From: Ptychomitrium polyphyllum
Taxonomy: Eukaryota
NCBI GenBank assembly: GCA_973851085.1
Contig: OZ316775.1
Location: 16,306,001 to 16,370,000 of the forward strand
Length of the DNA stretch: 64,000 nt
Direction: 5' to 3'
Shown here piece after piece: positions 38,470 through 52,427 of this stretch. The position numbers were made by a program, and so were the translations under genes. The notes beneath the pieces are model-generated. The model made no database searches. It had not been told where the DNA came from and was given only the letters and a program-made list of their open reading frames with translations. Each line of letters opens with the position of its first letter. Positions within the stretch are counted from its first letter, which is position 1.

Positions 38470-41400
38470 GTAATGACAAAGTCAAATTTGAAAAGCGACA
38501 TACTCACCTTGTTTTATGGCAATGGAGAACGCATGCACTCATGAAATTTACTAAGTTCTTGTGGTCTGTGGATATTGTGATGGTATGTTGAACTCCTTCC
38601 AACAAGTGTCGCCATCCTTCAAACGCATCCACAATTGCAAGTAGTTCTTTATCTTGTATTATAACTGATCTCTGCCGCTAAAAACTTCCTTGAATGAAAG
38701 TTAAGAAAATGAAGTTTCTTGTCTTCATCATGTTGTGAGAATATTGAGCCAAACGCAAAATCTAAGGCATCCGCTTCCAAATAGAAAAACTTTGATGGAT
38801 TTGGATGAATAAAGATTGGAACTGACGTGAATGACTTCTTAAGACCTTGAAATGTTTTTTCCGCCTCTTCATTTCAAGTAAATTTTTGCATCCCCGTAAG
38901 ACGTGTCAATGGTACTGCAATCTTAGAATAATTCTTGATGAATATCATATAGAAGTTTGCAAATCTAAATAAAACATTGAACATCTCAAATTGATCTTGG
39001 CGTATTCCACTCCAAGATAGTGCTTATTTTCTTCTCATCTATATGGATTCCTCCTTTGGAAATGAGATAGCCTAAAAATTCAATCATGGATTTATGGAAA
39101 AAGCACTTCTCAAATTTGGCATATAATCTTCATTGGCGTAGTTTTTCTAAGACCATTTGCCTATGATATTTGTGGCCTTTTTCATCCTTTGAATATATCA
39201 AAATGTCATCTAAGTAGATGCCTATAATATCATCCAGATGTTCATGAAAGATATTATTCATCATATGTTGGAAGACTGCGGGAGCATTAGTAAGGCCAAA
39301 AGGCATGACATTGTATTCATAATGACCATACCTAGATTGAAAAGCTGTCTTCCATTTGTCTCTTTCTTTGATGCGTATAAGATTGTAGGCACTTCTAAGA
39401 TCAATTTTGGTAAAGATCTTTGCTTGGCCAAATTGCTGTAGGAGTCTTGAGATTGATGGTAATGGATAACGGTTTTTTTATGCTACTTTATTGAGGCCTT
39501 GATAGTCCACGCACATACGTAATGATCCATCTGTCTTCTTTACAAATAGAATGGGTGCTCCAGCAAGTGATTTAGAGTGTTGAATGAAACCCTTTCCGAG
39601 GTTTTCATCAATATATTATTTCAAGGCAGTCAACTTGATTTGTGATAAGTTCTAAATAGGTCCAAAAAGTGGTTGGGCTCTTTCTTGCAATTCAATGGTA
39701 CAATCATAAGGTTGGTGCTTTGATAATATGACAGCATTCTTCTTTTAAAAAACGTCTTTATAATCTTGATATTGATGAGGTATGCATTGATTAGTCTTTA
39801 TTATAGAGCAAGACATTAATGTGGCATAACTAACATAGATTGGTTTATCCTTTGTCATTCTCATGGATGCCTTAGCTCTAATAAATGATGGTCCAAGATT
39901 TCTTGTACCTTGACATCTATTCTATGAGACCACATTCTATGAATGCCAATCAATGTTTGGATTATATAATTCAAACTAAAGAAGGCCCAAGACAATAAGA
40001 TTTGTTTGGCATTGAATGATATTGAAGAGAATCTTAGATGTTTGGTTCCCTAAAACAACCTCCAAGGGTTGAATTTTTCAATATCGTTGCCAAATGCAAG
40101 AGATCATCCATCAATAACTTTAACAAATGTGGGATAATTTTAGTTCACAAGTACTATGTGATGTTTAGTTGCAAAATCCTTATCCATTAAACATGTCATT
40201 GCACTAGTGTCCAAAAGAGCTTTACTAACTATTTCATCATCTAATGATTTAATTTTGATAGGAAATGTAAAACAAGAGATAAGGCTTAAAGGTAGTATTA
40301 GACCTTGATTTTATGATTGTTTTCTTGTAATGTCTAGTTGCATGGTCCTTATTGTGATTGAACATCCCTGTTTTCCAATTCCACCATTGTGCTTTGAGCC
40401 TTAGAGGCAAATCCTTTGATTTAGCAATTGTGCACTTTATGTCCAGACTTGCCACAATACAAACATAGGTTTTATCTTTGATGCCTTTCATTTTCTTCTG
40501 GAGTCAAACGTCTAAATTGGGCAACATCAATTTGCATAGGTTCTGGTCATTGTGGTCAACTATCTAATACCCTTGAAGAAATGGTTATCATTTCTTGATG
40601 TACTGGTCGCCATCCCAAGCGTTGTTCTTTGAGCCTCTCAAGTAGTCTATTGTCACATGCTATTGCTTGAGTGACAAATTCATCCAATGTTTTAACTCTT
40701 GGCATTTTGAGTAGCAAGTCCTTCACATTCTCTCTTAAACTCCATTGGAATTGTGTGACCAAGGCCTTATCATTCCAATCAAGGTTGCAAGTTAGTTGTT
40801 GAAATTCCACAACGTATGTAATAGCTGAGCATTGTTCTTGTTCTAGACTCTAGTTCTTTGTTTCAGCCACCTTCTTTTGGTTGGTGTCTCCAAAAGTAGA
40901 TGTCAATGCTTCCATGAAAGCATTTAAGTTGTTCAATAATGGTGACTGCTTCTCCATTAATGGTGTAAACCACAATAGTATATTATTTGATAAAAAAGCG
41001 GCCACAAATCCCACTTGAGTTGTGCCATCAGTATAACAAAATTGATGCAAACTAAGGAAGAGCCTTACTTGTTGAACAAAACCTCTTAACTTTGATCTTG
41101 ATCCATCACACTTGTTTGGCATGCTAATCTTTGGCTCTGCATGGATTTTACATAAGCCTTTTCTTTTAATATTGGCCTCTCGCAATCGAATAACCTCTTG
41201 ATATAGACTTTGAATATCACCATTGGATTCTTTAGCTTGCCGAGGCTGCTGCTCTAAATTGTTGGTGGTATTGAAGCGAGCAAGTTCCGTTCAAGCTGTA
41301 TATAATAATTTTTGGAGGTCTGTAATAGTTGAAAACCTATTCTCTGATGTTCCAGGCATGTTATCCATTTTTTAAGACCATCAAAGACAAGTACACTATG

Positions 41401-42165
41401 AATTCCTTTAAAAGAGGGTAATCCACGTCCTTTGAAAGATTGATCATTCTTCAAAAGAAATAGTACTTAGTTTTAGAAGAAAAAACCAATTTTATGGTGT
41501 CAGTTTAGAAGAAGATAATCCTCAAGTTCTAAGACGCTATGGGATCCTAAAGAAAATAAATAATCTACAACCTTCTTCAGAAAAACCTTAGCTTTGACAA
41601 AGATGAAGAGTAGCCTTGCCAAACTGTTAAGGACACAAGAAGCAAAAAACAAAAACAAAGTATTTTCCAAGAACTAGCTTTCAAAGAGCTAATGATTAAC
41701 AAGTACTTGATACAAAGACTCGAACAAGGCTAGATACAAGATGATTCACAACTTATGTTGGCAAGGCTAAGGTATACCTTGTCTTGCCTCCTATTTATAC
41801 TATGACGTTTGTATCTCCTAGGATACTTCTAAAGAAGCTTCCTACAAGACTTAAGAATATCTAGAAGTCTATGGAACCTTCCTAAGAAGTTTCCAAGGAA
41901 ATGGAACCTTCCTTGGGAATTTTCCAAGGTGATGGAATCTTCTTAGGAAGTTTCCTAAGGTGGTGAAACTTTCTTAGAAAGTTTTCTAATATGAATGGAA
42001 CCTTCTTAGGAAGTTTCTTGAGATAGTGGAATTTTTCTAGGAAATTTCCTAAAATCGTAGAAATGGCTATAAAGACATTTGAAAGTATTCTAAGAAGCTA
42101 CTATAATATACTAGGAGGTTCTAGAAGGTTCTAAAGGCTATATTGCATGATCTATGTCCATGAGA
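38470..42165 (-). mobile_element. 3'-truncated copy of the same chromovirus family, element B (LTR, gag, protease, RT, RNase H only)
   Basis: The reverse complement is collinear with element A 32363-35976. Gag fragments PKISMPNKCDGSRSKLRGF and LDWNDKAL. It ends abruptly at the 3' LTR of A. Confidence 0.93.
41625..42165 (-). repeat. 5' LTR of element B (about 541 bp)
   Basis: Homologous to the LTR of A. Minus-strand TATAAATA starts at 41799. U3 has an array of about 27-nt repeats (ggaaccttcctaggaagtttcc-like). Confidence 0.88.
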
Positions 42166-43153
42166 TAATACGTGAGAAGCTAGCTTCAATTGTGGACTTA
42201 GATGATTTTAATGTTTGGACTCAATATCTATATGATCAAGGACAAGTCTTCAAGAGAGCCATGCCTATGGCCATGGAGAACCTATCTATTGCTTAGTATT
42301 GTGATACTTTGCATTATGCTCATATCCATAGTAGAGCTTATCAACATCATCTGCAAAGATTTTCCAAAGAAAATTATGTGTATTTGTAGCATGAGGCGCC
42401 TATTACACTTGATATAAAGGCAAGGCACACCATTCTACATGCAAAGTATGTGTTGCCTAGTGGTATTTTATAGTTGGAAGGCAAGGATGGAGAAGGACGT
42501 AGTGAGCATTCTAAAAATTGTGTTCCATGCCACCTTCCTATTGATGGTACTAAACATCTTAAGTAAACAATAGTGCTAGCTAGCCTTTCTTGTTTTGTGT
42601 GTGGTGAGAAAGAAGAGGCGGCCACTATACTACTATCTAATCAATGCCAATATGGTTGACATATGGCATGTTTAAGCCCACCTCTTTTTACCTTAATTTT
42701 TTAAAATTGGATTTGCTCTTGTTGTAAGAAGTTTTCTAGCTTTGTCTTACTATTAATAAGAGTTGAAGATTTTATGAGACTTTGCCACATGTTGGATAAT
42801 TTATAGTCACAAGTTCAAGATTGAATTTAAGCGTGAAGGTTGACAAGGGATTCAACATCAGAATTATTGAAGGCAATTAAAGATGGGGCTTATATTGTAC
42901 CCGGCCTAAAAATTCCCTAGTCACTTTTTCTCTAGCTTTCTTGACTTGTTTGGATTACTAAGACATCAATGAGGTATTTTTTTTCATATATGTATAATTG
43001 TGGACTTAATTGTCTAGTGGGGCTTCATAATCAACTAGGGAAGGCACTTAAAGGCTATTTGTTATATATTCTTGTTTGGTTTTTGTTTACCGCAAAACTA
43101 ATTATGGTTGTAATATTTGATCTGTTGTGTTAACGATCTTTATTTATACAACA
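42166..43153 (+). mobile_element. 3' remnant of a third LTR retroelement (C): integrase C-terminus, PHD finger, PPT and probable LTR
   Basis: Decayed frame AMPMAMENLSIA*...YVYL*...VLPSGIL*LEGKDG...NCVPCHLP, then a PHD finger at 42591-42725. Purine tract aaagatgggg near 42879 and TG at 42896. The right LTR end (~43153) is uncertain. Confidence 0.65.
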
Positions 43154-46080
43154 AAATGCTTCTAATACAATACTTTGTATTAAAACAACTTCTTCATATT
43201 ACTTCATTAGAAGCTTCCTTGAGTTGTTAAAACATTCTAAAACCAAAGTAGCTTCTTCAACAACTTCTTGAAGATGCTTAAACTTTTTAACATTTGTAGA
43301 CATCCTTCAACCTTTTAAAAACCTTTCTAATCTTCTTTGGACCTTTTTAGTTCTTTTGAAAGCTTCTAACATATGTTTGTGAAAAGCTGAAGAGTTTAGA
43401 TATGTAAATCAGCATTAAATTCTTGTATAATTGAATGTGTATGCCAATTTGGAGTGTTTTTTAAATATAAATGGTCTTTTTAATGAAGTGATTTGGAATT
43501 AAGCATTTTATCATGATCTTTGTAGGTAAAAAGTTTCTTTATGAAATAATTCTATGTATAAATAATGATAGTGGAAGTGCCCTATAAATGTTGTCAATTC
43601 TTTTAAATATATTTTGAAAGAATTTTCTTAAGAAGTACATGCCTATAGCTATTGATCTTAGGTAATTGTTTATAATTTGTAACGATATATATATGTAATG
43701 ATCAAATTGTGTTAAGTGTTCTTTAAAGAGCTATGTTTTGAATTTGTTTGTGTTTTCAATTGGAATGAGATTAAATATTCTAAGGGTATTATATTATAGT
43801 GGAATGAAAGAAGGATTGAAGGACTCAATAAATAAAGCATTAAATGAAACATTTATATAATTTAAATAATGGTTAAATTAACATTGATATTAGAATTTGA
43901 ATTCAAGGTGTATAAGTTATTGTTTAGTGCATTGATAAAGAATCCATCTTTAATACTAGTGTTTGTGTAGAAATAAGATTTTTTTATTTAGAAAATTGAG
44001 TATTAGTATTAGAAATTTTTTAGAAATTATTTTAAAGTGATACAACTTAGTAGAAGCTAATGGAAGTTTTTTATATACTTTGTTGCTTAATGTGTGACCA
44101 CAATAAAAATCTCACACTCTTACATTCAATTTATAATTATACACTAAAATATCATTAATCTAATATTGTACATCTAAAACATATAAATATATAAAATAAT
44201 AAGATGAATCATTCATAATGGCAACATTACAAAGCAATTTTCCATGCCTTTGAAATAAACCTATGATCAAAGCATTTAAATGTTACAAACCATTAATTTA
44301 ATGTATACACTTCCTTCCAATACCAAATTTACTAGCATTTATTTATTAAAAATAGATCATTAATTACCACAAAATACATAGTATAATCTAAAGTGCGTCA
44401 TATTTAAATACCAAACTAACAAATTTTGACAACCTTACAATCTATGCTCACACCACAATATTATTCATTGTAATACAAGAAGCCAAACTTATAAAAATAA
44501 AATTTTAAATACATTCAAAACCTATCTTTTAATATGACTAACCTTTAATACTATATATGTCTTAATTAGATGTATACAACAAATAATTTCTTGTATATCC
44601 GTTTAAAATGAAATTTACACATTTAGTTATAATAAATTCAAATTAATTAAAAACCTCTCAAAATCTCTGCACCTACCAATTTTTTGCCATACCTCTAAAT
44701 TATAAATATTTTCAATCAACCATTCCAACCGTAGTTAATTATACACATTAATATGCCTTCTTGTAAAGAAGATAAAAGCATTTATTTATTATAAAACTTA
44801 TTGTGACTCAACAACCAATGCATTTTGTAATTAAACATATATATATTATATAAAGGCTTTAATTGAAAAATATTGCTCAAATATAATATAATTTCATCAT
44901 AAATGAAGGTTTATCTATAGAATTGCTTATTGAAAACCTTCAAAGTAATCTATTTTCATCCATTTATCTAAATTACTAAAATATCTTAGCGATTGCAAAT
45001 TATCCATTTCTTAATTGATAATGAATTTTTTTTAAATTTTGATTTTTAAATTTGTAAATTATTCTGCATGAGTAAATATAAAATTCTTAGGAATTGTAAA
45101 ATATTGTTGCTTGTATTAACTCTTCTTGTTATTATTCTTCTTTACATTTTCATTTATAAAATCTAACAATTAAGTTTTGAAAAATGTGCATAGAATAATA
45201 AAGAACAGATTTGCAGTTAAAATTTATTAGATACAATTCAAATAGAACTTGTTTGTTTTGGCATCATCATCATCTTTCAAATAATTCATTTTCACATCAA
45301 ACTCATTCAAAATCAAAAATTAAAATGGCAAAAACATTTGATGGATCCATAAAATATTAAAGGTCCTTATTTAATAAATGAAGCTATTTAGTGCCTACAT
45401 CACTATGTTGATAGCATTACTTCAATTTGATTTGTAACCATTCTTTTATCGAGCTATGTATTTCTTTACTTTACTTCCTCTATGGAAGATAAGAGAAGCT
45501 ATTAGAAGCTACCAAAATATTTATTTATAAATATTTTTAAAAACACATTGAAGATGACATAAAATAAGCACAAAAAATATATATATGGACATTAGATGAT
45601 TAAACTACATCTCTTGTAAATATGCTATGATTTAAAATTTGAGGAATACTATAAATTTTTTGGAGTTAATGACTTTGTTGGATCAAGTCTAGTTAAGTCC
45701 TAAAATTTGATAGTATACCTCAAATTTTAAATAATAGGAGTAATTTATTTGTTTAACATCCAAATCTATAATTTTTTGTGTTTGTTATATGTGATTTTTA
45801 ATGGGCTTACAGTGGTTGTATTTCAAGTACTAATTCACATAAGTAAAAACATTTCTTTTCACATTTGTGGCGGAGATGCTCGAATGCGACGGGAGTCCTT
45901 TCTTCTTCCAGGTTTAGTTCCGATCTTGCACCGTCGCAAACACCTGACCCAGTCGTGCATCAGCCTGATTGAGAACCGGCACATGTAGCAGTTATTGTGA
46001 AGGACTGGTGGGTAAGTCCAGGCAGCCACAAGTCCTAAAGAAAAGGAGATGTGAATCTCTTCCTTACTGAACGGTACACT

Positions 46081-46123
46081 GAAAAGTTGGTCTAGGGCGA
46101 AAAGCTGGTCTAGGGCGAAAAGT
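46081..46123 (+). repeat. 18-bp tandem duplication
   Basis: gaaaagttggtctagggc gaaaagctggtctagggc gaaaagt. Confidence 0.8.
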
Positions 46124-47747
46124 CAATAGAGGGTGAAACAGGGAGTCCAGATCTACCCCGTTGGCTGAAAATATTTAACCTCATTTCACCCAAGCAGGGC
46201 TTATTTTGCCCAAGTGGGCCTTCATCCACCCAATGAAGAACGAAGACTTTTGGCTCTATTCTGAGAAGGCTGCACAATAGTGCCGAAATAAATTATAACT
46301 TATTAGACGTGGTAGTAACACTCGATAGGCTGCTTCCTTTAAAAACCATTCTTTCAAAATAGCCACACAAGAGCCTTGCCTACTGCAATGAATAAAGTTT
46401 CCATTGGTTTCGAAAGAAAACGGGAGAAAGGAAAGCCTTGCCCACAGTTACTTCTGTATCTTCTCAGCTTTGTTTTCACGACAATATCCTTTACCGGCAA
46501 TTTGTGGACTGCACCAAACTGGCGGTAGGGTTATCTTCGATTTTTTCTAATGCAAATGGGATGCTACAAGTTTGGGCCATCGGAAAGAGCACAACATGAA
46601 AACACCTGGTGAGGTGTCCCTACTATTCGTTTTCAAAAGCAAAAACACCTGGTGGAGGCCCATATCCCTACCATTTGTATAAGTATGGGAAACCACCTGA
46701 TAGAAACCGAGATGAGCTCCTGGCGGTGAGTTCATCAAGGCTGGTCGTTCCTGGTAACTGGTCGTCAACGCCCGAAGAAGATCCCTAATAGTATCGCACT
46801 AAACGGAAGAACTCAGAGAAATTTCGGCCACAGCATCTCATCTTCAGGATGTATTTAGGCGCAGCATCCATTAATGGCAAAGCAACGGTGGTGCCGCTTG
46901 TCTCACTCGCTTATGGTGTGGATCTGAAAAGGCGGAGTCATTTTTGGTCCGAGACTGCCTAGACACACTTCATCGAAGCACTGTAGTCCTGCCCATTCTA
47001 ATCCAGATACCGTCCCGGTTATCACCAAGTTGTGCCCGGTTACAACCTGAATATCTCACGTGCATCACAATAGTATCATATGAATGAGTTATGCTCAAGA
47101 CGAAATGATAAAACTATGCGAGTTCCCCATTTTACCTCACCCGCTTCAACAAAAAGCTGTCCTTGCGCCCGGTAAGTGTTAAGTCCCCATAGAGACACCT
47201 ATTCACAGTACGGAGGGGGACCGGGGGTTTTGTGATGCTTTGCTTTTGCAGGGGAGGTACTCACTCACTACTCCCGTCAATTATCAGAATGGGAGGCCCG
47301 GCTTAGCTTAACTTAGTATCCCAGTGGGACTACTGACTGGCCTCCCACGGCCCCCGATATTTAGAATCACACATGCGAGTGGAATCCTGGAAAAAGGTCT
47401 TTTACTCCGCGGCGGGAGGCAACAGTTGTGCTGCGCACCTAATCTGTGAACGAGCTTTTGTGCATTTGAAGGCAATCAGTGAGGGAGTAAGAAGGGAAAG
47501 GAATTGAGGTTGACTAGAGTGAGCAAGGGCGCTCGGGAGCGACGTATGTTTTATCTTTCTTTATCGAAGGGAGAGGGAGAGGGAGAGGGAGGCGGCAGCT
47601 GCGGAGAGGGAGTGAGAGTTGGTGGAGGTAACGCTGATTATTTCAGGTTGGAGAGGTTAGGGTGCGGCTGCGCGGTGAGAGGAGTAGGAGTTGATTGCTG
47701 TTGTGTTTTTTGAAGTTGGAGGAGCGGTGTGAGGAGGTAGAGGCCGG

Positions 47748-50700
47748 ATGTTCGGCCGGGGAGGGACGACGACGAGGATGAGAGGTCGCAACGATGGCGG
47801 CAGTCAGAAGCGACGTGTATTGGTGACCGTGTGCACTTTAGTGCTCATGTTTTCCGCCATTTCGTTGTACCATGGCTCGTTCTTCAGTAATCAGAGGAAC
47901 AAGCTTGTGGTGGAGGAGACTTTCGATCCGTCGACTTCTGGCTGGGCTGCTAATCTCGCAGCTGGCATTAGAGGTGAATCCGTGAAGGAACGGGAGGTTA
48001 TTCCTGCGAGTGCCGACGGTGACGTGAAGGCGGTTAAGGATGATGTTGATGTGAGGGCCGATGACGAGGTTGAAGAGAAGGAGGAGGCCGCCGTGGAGAA
48101 AGATGACTTCGCGGAGAAGTTTGAAGGCAATGGCGATGAATCCGGGGCTTCGGAGAGCAATGAAATCGCATCCAACCTTGGAGCACCGAAATCGTTTCCC
48201 GTAAGTTTGTTGCGCTGCATTTTTCTTTGGCCGAAGAGCTTTCTTCGACATGAAGAATGACAATAAGATTTGAATTAGTAGATCTTGTGAAAGATTTGAT
48301 GCGTACTGCATTGTAGCTGTCTGAGGCCACGCCTGGCAATGCGCATGCATTGTCTTCTTGCATTATGCTGATGTATTTTCTCACGGCTCATTCGGTTTCG
48401 ATGTATGAGGATCATCCGTACTTACGTGCATTGTTTCGACCTTACATTCATTCTTTCGAACATATGTGAAATCTGATCCTGGAAGAACCAGGCGTTACAG
48501 CGTCTTACAGAGGATTTGTGTTTGCATTTTGTAGGTGTGCACTGCTCAGTTCACGGAGATTATTCCTTGCTTAGACCTCTCAATGAACAAGAAATTGAAG
48601 TTGAAGCTTAACCATTCCGTCATGGAACATTATGAGAGGCACTGCCCCCCGTCTGACCACCGGCTCAATTGCCTGATTCCTCCCCCTCCTAATTATAAGG
48701 TAATACATCCACAGAAGTGCGATCTATGAGATGTTCGCGGAGGAGGTTTTTTCGTCTTCTGTTTAGGCCTTGTTTTTTTGATCCTCTGAATTGTCAGGAA
48801 CACAGTATTTGTGGATTTGAACGGGCTGCTCGTTTTGTTTGCTGAATGCTTGTTTGTTTAACGTGCAGGTGCCTATCAGGTGGCCGAAAAGTAGAGACGA
48901 AGTTTGGCAGTCTAACGTTCCCCATACTTTCTTGGCAACCGAAAAGTCTGATCAGCATTGGATGGTTGTAAATGGTCAGAAAGTGAACTTCCCAGGTGGT
49001 GGCACTCACTTTCCCAATGGTGCTGACAAGTATATTTCGAATGTTGCGAAGGTGTGTTTGGATCCAGTGGTTTACATGGATTAAAGTTTTTTTGGTTCCC
49101 GTAGTTCATTTGATCAATGGTTCTAAGAAGAAGAACTACGCTATTTTGGGTTTTAAGGTGGCTTACTTTACAAGTCTGTGTTCCTCAATTATTCTTCCTG
49201 CGTTTCTTAAAAATGCAAGCTGAATAGTCAGCTTATTGTACTCTATTTCCTCGGGGCAGTCCAGCTAGCGTATCTGTGAAAACGCTTTCCGGACAAAGCT
49301 TATATACAGTATCGCCGTGCCTTCTTTCTGGCTAGAATTTCGTTGTTCAAGAAGTGTAGTCCGGATTCGTTCGGTAGTGAGTTAGGCTCTTCCACAGGGC
49401 AGATCTGTTATGTAGAAGGTTTTCAGAGGCAGGGTAAACTGTTTTGGATCTTTCTTCATGGAATCTTGATACTGTTGAAATGCCTAGCCTTTCAGATTTG
49501 CTACACGTTTATTGTTTTTGCAACCGTGCCGATCTTTTAACTCTCGCGTTTCGTGGTCATTACGATTTTAACATCTTTCGACCTCTTACTGTACGTTTTT
49601 TCAGATGTTGAAAGACCCGGAAGGAAATCTCAGTATGGACGGAAAAATCAGGACTGTCCTGGACGTAGGGTGTGGAGTTGCAAGCTTTGGTGCTTACTTG
49701 CTGCCTTTGGATATTATTGCTATGTCACTGGCGCCTAATGATGTTCACCAGAACCAGATTCAATTTGCTCTTGAAAGAGGCATTCCTGCTACTCTAGGTG
49801 TTCTAGGCACAAAGCGTCAACCATTCCCAAGCAAGTCGTTTGATCTAGCTCATTGTTCTCGCTGCCGTATCGAGTGGCACCAGAGGGATGGAATACTTCT
49901 TCTGGAAGTGGATAGACTCTTGAGGCCTGGTGGATACTTCGTTTGGTCTGCTCCTCCTGCATATCGTGAGGATCCAGAAGACCAACAGATCTGGAAGGAG
50001 ATGTCAGCGCTTGTGGCTTCCATGTGCTGGATAGTAGCTGCTCATCAAGATCAGACAGTTATTTGGCAAAAACCATTGACCAATGAGTGCTATGAGCAGC
50101 GACCCGACGGTCAAGCGCCTCCATTATGCAAAGCCAGTGATCCGGATAGCGCGTGGAATGTGCCCATGGAGGCCTGCATTACTCCTCTAACAGGTCAGTC
50201 ATTGGATTTTTGACTTGGCATTTAATAAATATCACTTTGAACATAGATACAGTGGATAATACATCACAGATGTTCACTTCATTTGTATGCTTGAATTGAT
50301 TTCTCATCCGAGTTGAATCTTTTTAAGTCTTAAGCTACTTTGACGAGGTTTTGTTTGAGTTATCGAAAGATTCGTGAGTGTTCTAGCATGGTATGTTGGT
50401 ATGGTGTTTCTAATGACCTTGTGCTTTGCAGATGAAGTTCGTAGTGTAGAGCCATGGCCCAAAAGACTGGTTGGTCCTTCACCTCGACTGCATGAACTCA
50501 GAATAGATGAGAAGAAATTTCTAAGTGATACCGTAAGTTTCTGAACCACCCTTTAGCATAAGTTGGTTAACATTTTGCACGCAGCAATGAATTCAAATAT
50601 TGTGGTATTGTAAACGAACTAGAACTGGATCAAGCCTTGGTCAACAGTTTTGTTAATTAAAGTGTTTTTGCATTTTGCTGTTGGAGCCTAAACTACCGTT

Positions 50701-51660
50701 AGTGCATAAGGATGACCAGTATTATACCCGTCGTTTTGTCCACTTAGATCTTCTGCGAATGTGAGTTGAATAACATATACTTGAGGTTTAATGCATATTT
50801 GTGTTTTGGAACTTTATGCAGAACATATGGAGGAGAAGAGTGGAATTTTATTGGAAAACTTTAAAGACTGCCAGTCAAGTGGAGCAGAACAGTGTGCGGA
50901 ACATCATGGATATGAAAGCTAATTATGGTGGCTTTGCAGCAGCTCTCAGGGATAAAGATCTGCCTGTTTGGGTTATGAATGTGGTGCCATCAGCCGTTCC
51001 CAATACTTTGGGGCTTGTCTTTGATCGAGGTTTAATTGGATCTCTACACAACTGGTAAATGTTGCTAACCTAACATCTGAATAGGAATATCGTTTGGAGA
51101 TAGTAGATTGCATTGTGGTGTTGAAACATATCTAGAATGCTGAAGAGACGTAGGTTTTAGCTGACATTCTTCCAGTATTTTAATTAGTTCCTATTTCACC
51201 AGTTTAACATGTTTGTAGTGCGCCTTATGCTCTGGAAGATACAGAGGGGGCCCTGCTTGTACTTATTATACCTAGGCGCTGGAAGTTTATCAGGTAATTC
51301 TTGGGGATGTTTTTAGCTGACACCTAAAGTTCTCTGTGGATGTGCAGGTGTGAAGCCTTTTCAACATATCCACGCACGTATGACCTCCTGCACGCGTGGA
51401 CAGTATTCTCAGATATTGAAAAGGCAAATTGCAGTGTTGAGGATTTATTGCTTGAGATGGACCGTATTTTGCGTCCCATGGGCATCGTTATTATCCGGGA
51501 CAAAGCAGATGCGGTCGACCGTGTAAGCAAGTACCTCACTGCTCTACGGTGGTCGAGCTGGCATCAAGTTGTAGAAGCCGATAAGGATGACCTATCAGAT
51601 GGTGATGAGAAGATCCTATTTGCAAGGAAAGAGTTGTGGCAACCTGAAGACGTTTTGTAA
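47748..51660 (+). CDS. Probable pectin methyltransferase, PMT family (Methyltransf_29), type II membrane protein, 7 exons
   Basis: Exons ~47748-48200, 48536-48699, 48869-49051, 49605-50193, 50431-50532, 50822-51054, 51348-51660. Motifs EHYERHCP, FPGGGTHF, LDVGCGVASF, LAHCSRC, RNIMDMKA, YPRTYDLLHA, EMDRILRP. Confidence 0.95.
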
Positions 51661-52427
51661 CGTGCAGGAGCTTCGCCGGATAGCATCAGTCAACTCATCG
51701 CTTAAGCAGGTATTTGCAAGATATTGGGAGAAGGCAAATGTCTTCAATGTATTTTGGAGTTCGAATTTAACCTTGTAGGATGCACCTCTGCTTACAACTT
51801 GTACCTCCTATCTTTTGTGTTGTCTTCGGATGTCGAGTTGTTAGCAGTTAGTTATTTTGCCCGATTAATGTTGAGTATGAACAGAAGATGTCATCCCTCA
51901 CTCGTGACCTCAACGCTTAGCATTGTTGATTGACGCCGTAAAATAGAGTATCATATTTGATGCTTTATGAAAGCGAGGCAGTTTAGATTGCTTGCTTTGT
52001 AGGCAGTGGCAAAGCATGCATAGTTCCTAGGAATAGTAGGCATTAGTGACTAGACTGGTGGTCTCGGAATTTCAGCAGCCTTATTCTTTTTAGATATAGA
52101 TATGGTAGGAAATGGCAATAGGAGCTTTTCATTGTAAGACCGTGCCGCATAGCTGACAAAGTTATGAGACAGATCACATTTGTGTATTCCTGACAGTTCA
52201 GTTTCGACTACCAACATTTGATGGACGTTTTATTCGTGTTGCTTCAAGTCACAGAAATTTTCTGTAATCGGGGAGTCGTACTGTGGTTGTATGATCGTAT
52301 GTTCGTCATCGAAAGAGTGAGGGGTAGCAACAACCCGAAACTGAGCTTTCTTACTGCATGTTTTCTGTGACGACAAGCTACAGTAGGATTCATTACGCTT
52401 ACCATCAAAGCATCACACGTTTGAACA

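Noticed and set aside
43400..45860. Long AT-rich tract as a Helitron or DNA transposon
   Set aside because: No termini, TSD or coding remnants could be identified.
47838..48384. Antisense ORFs of 109-170 aa
   Set aside because: They mirror exon 1 of the PMT gene and show no independent motif.
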